From contig JBNKNM010000153.1 of assembly GCA_050293845.1 (NCBI GenBank), forward strand, positions 1-13,508: a stretch of 13,508 bases of DNA, written 5' to 3'. Under the pieces are notes generated by a model, which was not told where the DNA came from, did no database searches, and saw only the letters and a program-made list of their open reading frames with translations. This DNA comes from Pseudobacteriovorax sp. (GTDB taxonomy: Bacteria > Bdellovibrionota_B > Oligoflexia > Oligoflexales > Oligoflexaceae). Shown in pieces: positions 1 through 6,700 of this stretch (its first letter is position 1; every line of letters begins with the position of its first letter). The translations under genes and the position numbers were made by a program.

Positions 1-465
1 CCATTGTCTACCGAATAACCAAATTCCCCGAGCATACAAAACCAGTCTCGAAAAATGAAGTCTAAAAAGCTGTCCTGGCAGAGGTTTTATATTCTTTGAG
101 GCAGTCAAATTGCTTCAAGCCGATGATAGTCAAGACTTTTGAGTTTCGCAAAGACTCTATTTCTGAGTTGATTCCAAAATTTTATGCAGGAGTCTTTGTT
201 GGATTATAGGTTTTAGAGTTTTTTGTATCGTGAACAGATTTCATTTCAACCTCAGCTTAGGTAACGACAGCAATGCAACAATCGGCAAAAAGCAAGCACT
301 ATACCTGTTGAGAATTCAATATTTATAGGAAGTTAGGGCTTTAACGGAGAATGAAGGTTTTGCAATCGTAAAATCTTTGGTCAAATCCAAAGCTTCATGG
401 GAAAGGATAGTCCTTTGGCTGAACTGTTTTGTTGTCATAAATTACGTAATCAAATCATGTGCTTA

Positions 466-514
466 TATGATAGTTTTTAACTATCATAAGATATATATAA
501 TATATTTTATTTAT
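466..514 (+). promoter_or_regulatory. OxyR-type (LysR) operator upstream of ahpC
   Basis: ATAG(470-473)-N7-CTAT(481-484) lies inside a perfect 8-bp inverted repeat TATGATAG-tttttaa-CTATCATA, followed by a degenerate AT-rich half-site. This matches the ATAG-N7-CTAT OxyR motif, and ahpCF is a classic OxyR target. Confidence 0.7.
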
Positions 515-541
515 GAGTAGTTTTCGACGATGATTCTTACA

Positions 542-558
542 TGGCAGCAAAACTGCCA
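542..558 (+). promoter_or_regulatory. Short hairpin in the probable ahpC 5' leader
   Basis: TGGCAG-caaaa-CTGCCA, a 6-bp perfect stem ending 31 nt before the ATG at 590. Confidence 0.4.
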
Positions 559-589
559 GTGGTTAAACCTAACTAAAAGAGGAATCATT

Positions 590-1156
590 ATGTCTAGTAT
601 TATCAACTCTAAGGTTGCTGACTTTAACGTTCAAGGTTTTCATAGCGACGATTTTAAAACATACACTCAAGAGGATCTCAAGGGAAAGTGGTCTATTTTT
701 TTCTTTTACCCCGCTGATTTCACATTTGTTTGCCCCACTGAATTGGGTGATCTGGCGGATAAATATGAGGAGCTACAAAAGCTTGGCGTAGAAGTTTATT
801 CTGTGAGCACCGATACTCATTTCACCCATAAAGCATGGCATGATACTTCACCTACCATTAGTAAGATCAAATTCCCCATGCTAGCTGATCCCACGGGACA
901 CCTTAGCAGGTCCTTTGGAGTTTATATCGAAGAGGAAGGCTTGGCTTATCGTGGTAGCTTTCTTGTGGACCCTGAAGGGCTCATTAAAATTGCAGAAATT
1001 CAAGATAATAGCGTTGGTCGCAATGCAGATGAATTATTCCGTAAAGTTCAAGCAGCCCAGTTTGTAGCATCACATGATGGCGAAGTATGCCCTGCTAAAT
1101 GGCAGCCAGGAGCAGATACACTGAAACCTGGATTAGACCTTGTAGGAAAAATTTAA
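590..1156 (+). CDS. ahpC: Alkyl hydroperoxide reductase subunit C (2-Cys peroxiredoxin), 188 aa
   Basis: FYPADFTFVCPTE peroxidatic motif, GEVCPAKW resolving motif and C-terminal LDLVGKI. Start moved from 530 to ATG 590, which follows SD AAGAGGA and gives typical AhpC length. Confidence 0.97.
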   Translation: MSSIINSKVADFNVQGFHSDDFKTYTQEDLKGKWSIFFFYPADFTFVCPTELGDLADKYEELQKLGVEVYSVSTDTHFTHKAWHDTSPTISKIKFPMLADPTGHLSRSFGVYIEEEGLAYRGSFLVDPEGLIKIAEIQDNSVGRNADELFRKVQAAQFVASHDGEVCPAKWQPGADTLKPGLDLVGKI

Positions 1157-1179
1157 TAACTGGGGCCTCCCCAGTTATT
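1155..1179 (+). terminator. ahpC-ahpF intercistronic stem-loop (partial terminator or mRNA stabiliser)
   Basis: AATAACTGGGG-cct-CCCCAGTTATT, an 11-bp perfect stem overlapping the ahpC stop, with a T-rich 3' side (TTATTT). Confidence 0.7.
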
Positions 1180-1202
1180 TCCCATATTGAAAGGACAATC
1201 AG

Positions 1203-2762
1203 ATGATCACTCCAGAGATAAAAAAACAACTAGAACAGCATTTTTCTCCATTATCTGTAGCTATACAATTGCAACTATTTGATTCTCAGCACCCTAAAGC
1301 GAAAGAACTTGAGGAAATGGCTGAAGCTGTGGCTTCTTGCAATAAACATATTACTGTGATCTACACTGATCAGGTTTCGGCAGCACCTCGTCTGGAAGTC
1401 ATGCGCAATAACGAACCTACCGGTATCACTTTTTTAGGTGTTCCCGGAGGTCACGAGTTTACTTCCTTTATTCTGGCGATTCTCAATAGCAGTGGCTTAG
1501 GGAAACTTCCCGATCAGGGGTTACAGCAACGAGTAGCAAACCTCAATGTGCAGGAAGAATTCACGACAGTTGTATCTTTATCCTGTGAGAATTGTCCTGA
1601 AATTGTCCAAGCACTCAATCAGATGGCTCTATTTCATCCAGGGTTAAAGCATGTCATGTTTGATGGAGACATTGATCCAGATTTAGCATCTAAGTTAAAC
1701 GTGAGCAGTGTACCAGCCGTCTTTGCTGGCCAGGAGTTAATCCATACCGGCAGGGGGTCTTTTGCCCAACTTCTTGAAAAGTTAGAAAATAAATACGGTT
1801 ATAAGAATTCCGAACAACCGGTGATCAAACACAAAAGATACGATGTAGCCATAGTCGGTGGGGGACCAGCAGGTGCTTCGGCAGCTATCTACACAGCGCG
1901 AAAAGGGCTCTCAACTGTCATTATTGCCGATAAAATCGGCGGGCAAGTACAGGAAACCAAAGGTATCGAAAATCTTATATCGGTTATTTACACTGAGGGT
2001 CCGAAACTAGCTGAGAGCTTGAGTAAACACATTAGGAGCTATGATATTGACCTGTTGGAAAATCGCCGGGTACAAAAGATTGACTCTGGAGAAACTAAAA
2101 TTCTTCATTTGGGATCAGGAGAAATTGTAGAAGCTGATAATCTTGTTATGGCCACAGGCGCACAATGGAGAAAGTTGGGAGTTCCAGGGGAAGTTGATTA
2201 TCTAGGTCAGGGTGTGGCTTATTGCCCTCACTGTGATGGTCCTTTTTATAAAAATAAAAAGGTGGCTGTTGTTGGTGGTGGCAACTCTGGAGTCGAAGCA
2301 GCTATAGACCTAGCAGGGATTTGCGAGGCAGTAACTCTTATTGAGTTTGCACCAGAGCTGAAGGCTGACCAGGTTCTACAAGATAAGCTACGTAACCTTA
2401 AAAATGTAACAGTGGTTACTAATGCTGCTACGGATTCCATCTCAGGCAATGGTAGTAAAGTTACGGCAATCCATTATAGGGATCGCAGTACTGAGGAGAA
2501 ATTTGAAGTGCTATTGGACGGTGTCTTCGTACAGATTGGCCTAAGACCTAATAGCGAGCTTGTGAAAGATCTGGTGGAACTGAACCCGTTTGGTGAAATT
2601 GTTATTGATGAGAAATGTCGTACCAGTGAAAAGGGTGTTTATGCTGCTGGAGATGTTACTGTAACTCCATTTAAGCAGATTGTAGTCTCTCTCGGTGAAG
2701 GAGCGAAAGCCGGTCTAGCGCTATTTGAGGATCGGGTTCATCAGGCTGTGGGAGTTTCGTAG
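1203..2762 (+). CDS. ahpF: Alkyl hydroperoxide reductase subunit F, 519 aa
   Basis: N-terminal domain with [14 protein letters not shown] and CENC, FAD motif GGGPAG, redox centre CPHCDG, NAD motif GGGNSG and YAAGD. SD AAAGGA. Directly downstream of ahpC. Confidence 0.97.
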   Translation: MITPEIKKQLEQHFSPLSVAIQLQLFDSQHPKAKELEEMAEAVASCNKHITVIYTDQVSAAPRLEVMRNNEPTGITFLGVPGGHEFTSFILAILNSSGLGKLPDQGLQQRVANLNVQEEFTTVVSLSCENCPEIVQALNQMALFHPGLKHVMFDGDIDPDLASKLNVSSVPAVFAGQELIHTGRGSFAQLLEKLENKYGYKNSEQPVIKHKRYDVAIVGGGPAGASAAIYTARKGLSTVIIADKIGGQVQETKGIENLISVIYTEGPKLAESLSKHIRSYDIDLLENRRVQKIDSGETKILHLGSGEIVEADNLVMATGAQWRKLGVPGEVDYLGQGVAYCPHCDGPFYKNKKVAVVGGGNSGVEAAIDLAGICEAVTLIEFAPELKADQVLQDKLRNLKNVTVVTNAATDSISGNGSKVTAIHYRDRSTEEKFEVLLDGVFVQIGLRPNSELVKDLVELNPFGEIVIDEKCRTSEKGVYAAGDVTVTPFKQIVVSLGEGAKAGLALFEDRVHQAVGVS

Positions 2763-2771
2763 GAGGAAAGG

Positions 2772-2804
2772 TTGTGAACAGGTCATGGTTTGACCTGTTC
2801 ACAA
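2772..2804. terminator. Strong hairpin after ahpF, probable terminator or 3' protector
   Basis: TTGTGAACAGGTCA-tggtt-TGACCTGTTCACAA, a 14-bp perfect stem 9 nt after the stop. It has no canonical U-tract on the + strand. Confidence 0.6.
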
Positions 2805-3185
2805 AAACACAGACTCTAATCGAGGATCTCGGGTTAAGAAATATTAACCCTTGTCTTACCATTGGAGGATTAGAATGTTTCGATTACTCAGGTTTAATCC
2901 TACGATCCAATAGTGCAACTGGTATGCCAGCCTATTTGTGACTTAATTCCTGAATATCTATGATTTTTTTCCTTTAGTTGTAAAGCTTTGTAATGTTTTA
3001 CTACATGCTTGTGGAGGTCTAGAAAAAACATTCTTCTATTTTAGGTAGATACAAGGAGAGCCCTCGATACAGTGATGATTCCGACTCAGAATGACTCTGA
3101 ACTCGCCAAGTTATTGAAATTATAAAATAATTGCCTCTAGTGACCCAACCAGTATCGGGTCAAAATGTTTCAGTGTTCATCAAAG

Positions 3186-4322
3186 CTACAAGGGACTCAC
3201 AACTTTTTTTAACGCAATGATTTGATCCTTTTTCCTATGGATATCCCGAATAGGTGAGTTGAGAGCATTCAGAAAGCGTTCTAGATTGTTAACTTCCGTC
3301 ACATTAAGGTAAAGGTTCCCAATTTTGTCTGATGTATGGGCTTTAAAGCTGGGCCTCATATATCGGTAGATCACCTCACGAATTGTGAGAGCACTGCCAT
3401 CATGAAAGTAGGGTGCCGTATGGGAAAGGTTACGTAAGCTCGGTGTTTTTACACTGTTTTGATAAAGTTTTGGACTCTCGGGAATAGGCGGACAACTGTC
3501 TAGCCCATAGCATCGATAAGGGTTGGATTTTAGGCTAATGATGCCCTCTGCACGACTGGCGATACTAGCATTGGCTAGGCCTGTAAAATGAAACTTTTGA
3601 TCTGACAATAAAGGACCAGAGTGGCACTGCACGCACTTGCCTTTACCAATAAAAATTTGAAAGCCATGCCACTCTTCTTCTCCAAAGCCATCGACAAACT
3701 TCAAATCTTGATCGGGGTTGTAACTTTTTAAAAAATGATCGAATGGCGACTCTAATGCCGTTAAACCTCTTACAAAAGTGGCAATGGCAAAGCAACTATT
3801 GGCGAAAATCTGCTGCTGATTCTCAACCGTAAGTTTGTAATTGGGCACCGGTGAAAATAGTGCTTCATACTGTGACTTATAATTGGTTAAGACTACATTC
3901 ACAAATTGATTTACGGTGGTATTATGCTCCTTAGGGCTCAGCAACGGTCCCATGGCCTGAGCTGTTAAGTTGTCAGCTCGACCATCCCAGAAAAACCACT
4001 GCTGCCATCTGAGGTTAATTAACGGTGGAACATTTACGGTTGTCTTTCCCACTCCTTGAGAGAAAGCTACATTATCGGCCAGGGAAAATTGCGGCTTATG
4101 GCATGAGCTGCACGATATTGCTTCATTGGCAGATAGGCGCGAATCATGAAATAGCCGGCGTCCCCATTGAGCTAAGGCAATTTCACGCGGGCTCGGTTGG
4201 GGGAGTTCTAACTGGTAATCTTGAGGAGAAAACTCAGTAATTTCGCTGCGAACTAGCCACGTTTTGTTCAGGATGAATAGTAGTAGACCTACTAAAGCAA
4301 GACTAATAAGAAATCTTAGCAT
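3186..4322 (-). CDS. Di-heme cytochrome c peroxidase / MauG-family protein, 378 aa
   Basis: Two heme c motifs, CSSCH (4098-4112) and CVQCH (3621-3635), plus GRRLFHDSRLS, FWDGRA and KTPSLRNLSHTAPYFHDGS. Hydrophobic N-terminal anchor/signal. Confidence 0.92.
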   Translation of the reverse strand: MLRFLISLALVGLLLFILNKTWLVRSEITEFSPQDYQLELPQPSPREIALAQWGRRLFHDSRLSANEAISCSSCHKPQFSLADNVAFSQGVGKTTVNVPPLINLRWQQWFFWDGRADNLTAQAMGPLLSPKEHNTTVNQFVNVVLTNYKSQYEALFSPVPNYKLTVENQQQIFANSCFAIATFVRGLTALESPFDHFLKSYNPDQDLKFVDGFGEEEWHGFQIFIGKGKCVQCHSGPLLSDQKFHFTGLANASIASRAEGIISLKSNPYRCYGLDSCPPIPESPKLYQNSVKTPSLRNLSHTAPYFHDGSALTIREVIYRYMRPSFKAHTSDKIGNLYLNVTEVNNLERFLNALNSPIRDIHRKKDQIIALKKVVSPL

Positions 4323-4351
4323 AATGCCCCCAAACTTTCTTTTAAGATGCT

Positions 4352-4386
4352 TTTGGAGGAATTATAAAAAGACTTTGAAGGAATTA
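4352..4386. repeat. 13-bp direct repeat pair upstream of the di-heme gene
   Basis: TTTGGAGGAATTA (4352-4364) and TTTGAAGGAATTA (4374-4386) are 12/13 identical with a 22-bp period. Confidence 0.5.
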
Positions 4387-4580
4387 CCAGAAACAAATGG
4401 GGGGCCAGTAGCCTTTAATACAAAATGAGACAGAGTTCTCGGGACGAACGTTTCATTCCTTAAAATAGTCTTCGGTATCACGCAATTATTCTGCATAATG
4501 ATTCCTTGCTAATATTCAATTTTTTGGGAAATTTTTTAGAGAACTGATGAAGAAGAGAGTCGAGTGGGAAAGTCTAACTT

Positions 4581-4616
4581 TTACAGCAGTTCTCGTCCTA
4601 GTTTAAGATTAATCAT
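4581..4616 (-). CDS. Putative 11-aa small ORF / leader peptide MINLKLGRELL
   Basis: GGAGG, 6-nt spacer, ATG at 4616, TAA at 4583-4581. Lies downstream of a near-consensus sigma70 promoter. Confidence 0.3.
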   Translation of the reverse strand: MINLKLGRELL

Positions 4617-4657
4617 GTCTTGCCTCCATAATATTATGACTTTAGTGTTATCCTTTT

Positions 4658-4685
4658 ATAATAACGTGTTTAAGAATGTTGTCAA
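4658..4685 (-). promoter_or_regulatory. Sigma70-type promoter facing the di-heme peroxidase gene
   Basis: Minus strand TTGACA (4685-4680), 16-bp spacer, TATTAT (4663-4658). It overlaps a perfect plus-strand TATAAT at 4657-4662. Confidence 0.6.
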
Positions 4686-5011
4686 ACTAATTCGCAAATT
4701 GAGCCTGCTACCTAAAGGAAGCAGATTCTTATTGAAGTGCTTAACTTCTCAAAGTTCTAACCGTCGTACCTGCGGTGTAGTTTCTCGCAGAACACTTTCC
4801 AAGCTAACGGGAGCTTTGCGAACATTCAATCTTAAAAGACCAATCATTAACTAAAGTTAACTCGTGCCTGTTATCGTCCATCTGAATGAAATATGCCTTG
4901 CGACGCACGGTATAAATGATCATATATTTTATACTGTATACTTTATCGGTAAAATTCATTAAGAATCGTCGTTTCAAACTTGTCTTCATTGCTTCACGCG
5001 AGGATATATAT

Positions 5012-5917
5012 TTGCGTTACACAGACAAAGGAGTTTTACTAGCCTTGCTAGCCATGGTTTTTGCAGGGGGTTTTATGATCCCCTGGAAAATGGCAGTGCA
5101 GCATGGTTCTGCCGCCAGCATGGTGGCAATTTTGGTTTTGACCGCTGCTTTGGCAAATACTGCTTTACTTGCGGTACAAAAAGGATTTTCCAGACTCTTT
5201 AAATGGCCGAATAAAACGGAACTTGCATTGGGTATCTTTTTTGCTCTCTTAACGTTATGGGGAAACTGGGCTAGCGCCAAATCCATCGTATATCTCCCTC
5301 CAGCCATGGTATCCCTTTTCATGAGGTCTGAAGTTGTTTTTATTACCTTACTGGCATGGACCATGCTCGGAGAAAAGGCTGGACTGAACTTCTGGCTAGG
5401 TTGTATCCTAGTTGGTTTCGGGTTATGGATCATGCAACCTCCGACAACATTAGCAGAAGGCTGGTTACGGGGAATGGGCTTTGCCATACTTGCAGCTGCA
5501 GTGTTTGCATTAATGGCGGTATTTACAAGAAAATATATCGTTGTGATCGATACGATGGTCGTCAACTCCATTCGCTTGTGGCTGGCAGTAGTCATCTGGA
5601 TTCCCTTTGGAGAAGGAGTTACCGGGATTACAGAGCTTAGTCCCGAGCTTTTTTTGTATGTTGGTCTGGCGGCTCTATTAGGTCCTGTTGTGGGAAGAGT
5701 TACATTTATGAACTCATCTCAATATCTAGAAGCACGGCTGAGTGCATTGATCGTCAGTGGCGCTCCTGTTTGCACGTTAGTTTTAGGAATTATTTTTTTA
5801 AATGATTGGCCCGAGTCACGGCAACTAACTGGTGGAGCTATGATGTTGGGAGGGATTTTAATCATACTTCTTAGATCCTCGAAGACACCAAGACTACGCC
5901 CCGTTCCGAAAATCTAA
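5012..5917 (+). CDS. DMT/EamA family transporter, about 301 aa
   Basis: About 10 hydrophobic segments in two EamA-like halves (FITLLAWTMLGEK; LVLGIIFLNDWP...GGAMMLGG). TTG 5012 after SD GAGG gives typical size. The ORF-track start at 4916 has no SD. Confidence 0.9.
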   Translation: MRYTDKGVLLALLAMVFAGGFMIPWKMAVQHGSAASMVAILVLTAALANTALLAVQKGFSRLFKWPNKTELALGIFFALLTLWGNWASAKSIVYLPPAMVSLFMRSEVVFITLLAWTMLGEKAGLNFWLGCILVGFGLWIMQPPTTLAEGWLRGMGFAILAAAVFALMAVFTRKYIVVIDTMVVNSIRLWLAVVIWIPFGEGVTGITELSPELFLYVGLAALLGPVVGRVTFMNSSQYLEARLSALIVSGAPVCTLVLGIIFLNDWPESRQLTGGAMMLGGILIILLRSSKTPRLRPVPKI

Positions 5918-6041
5918 TATTGGATTTGAAAATCTGCTGGAGGTGATTTCTAGAGATATACTTGCCACATTTAAAACTGGAATCATCGGGTTGATGATAT
6001 TACTATGCTCCCCAGTCATGAAACCTCAGAAAGGATCTATT

Positions 6042-6599
6042 ATGGCTAGTACCGCATCTAAGATGATGCCTCTAGGTCAAAAAATGCCAGATTTTTCATT
6101 GAACGATGTATTGAGCGGTAAACTGATCGATAGTCAGCAAATCGCTGAAAGTCGGGCTGTCCTTGTCATGTTTATTTGTAATCATTGCCCCTATGTGGTG
6201 CATATCAGATCATCATTAACAGCCCTTTGCAATGAATTCGTTGCTAAAGGGCTTGCTGTTGTTGCTATCAATAGTAACGATATCGTAAATTTTCCGGATG
6301 ATGCACCAGAGAAAATGCAACAACTGGGCATAGAGATGGGGTTTAATTTCCCCTACTGTTTTGATGAAAGTCAAGAGGTCGCTAAGGCATTTGATGCGGC
6401 ATGTACACCAGATTTTTTTCTATTTGATGATCAGCAAAAACTGGCCTATAGAGGTCAATTCGATGATTCCAGACCATCTAATGAAATAGAAGTGACAGGT
6501 AAAGATTTGCGTTTGGCTTTAGAGGCAGTGATGCAGCATCAAATACCCAGTGAACAGCAGAGGCCCAGTATTGGTTGTAATATCAAGTGGAAGAACTAG
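6042..6599 (+). CDS. Thioredoxin-fold AhpC/TSA (PRX-like) protein, 185 aa
   Basis: VMFICNHCPYV CxxC, AINSND..FPDD, AACTPDFF, YRGQFDDSRP and C-terminal SIGCNIKWK. ATG 6042 follows SD GAAAGGA, so it is preferred over the ORF-track start at 5943. Confidence 0.92.
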   Translation: MASTASKMMPLGQKMPDFSLNDVLSGKLIDSQQIAESRAVLVMFICNHCPYVVHIRSSLTALCNEFVAKGLAVVAINSNDIVNFPDDAPEKMQQLGIEMGFNFPYCFDESQEVAKAFDAACTPDFFLFDDQQKLAYRGQFDDSRPSNEIEVTGKDLRLALEAVMQHQIPSEQQRPSIGCNIKWKN

Positions 6600-6700
6600 T
6601 TGTAGTACATCGACAGTATTAAGCAATGATGGTACGGGGTGCGAACTGATGAGAAAATGGTAGCGATTCGAGATGTGAGACAGTTAACAAGGAGATACAA

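Noticed and set aside
1..181. Possible gene fragment at the left edge
   Set aside because: Every frame is interrupted by stops within a few dozen codons, and I recognise no protein motif.
530..589. ORF-track N-terminal extensions of ahpC (also 4916-5011 for EamA and 5943-6041 for the PRX-like gene)
   Set aside because: Downstream starts have SD sequences and give family-typical lengths.
3053..3125. Small ORF (V)MIPTQNDSELAKLLKL at 3072-3125 after AAGGAG
   Set aside because: The SD is 13 or more nt from the start and there is no other support.
3141..3162. TGACCC-N10-GGGTCA hairpin as terminator of the di-heme gene
   Set aside because: The stem is short and has no U-tract on the minus-strand 3' side.
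4506..4519. FNR-like site TTGCT-aata-TTCAA (8/10 match to TTGAT-N4-ATCAA)
   Set aside because: Both half-sites are mismatched and there is no well-spaced -10. Such a match is weak in AT-rich DNA.
4544..4575. CTGATGA...GAAA hammerhead-like core
   Set aside because: The intervening sequence cannot form stem II, and the CTG lies in a competing stem.
4564..4989. 96-aa ORF 4564-4854 (+) and 61-aa ORF 4804-4989 (-) as real genes
   Set aside because: No good SD or recognisable domain, and they overlap promoter-like elements. Not fully excluded without a homology search.
6606..6677. Type III hammerhead look-alike: TACATC ... CTGATGAG ... CGAGATGTG
   Set aside because: A stem III and an AUC triplet are possible, but the conserved GAAA reads GAGA, stem II is weak and stem I cannot form.
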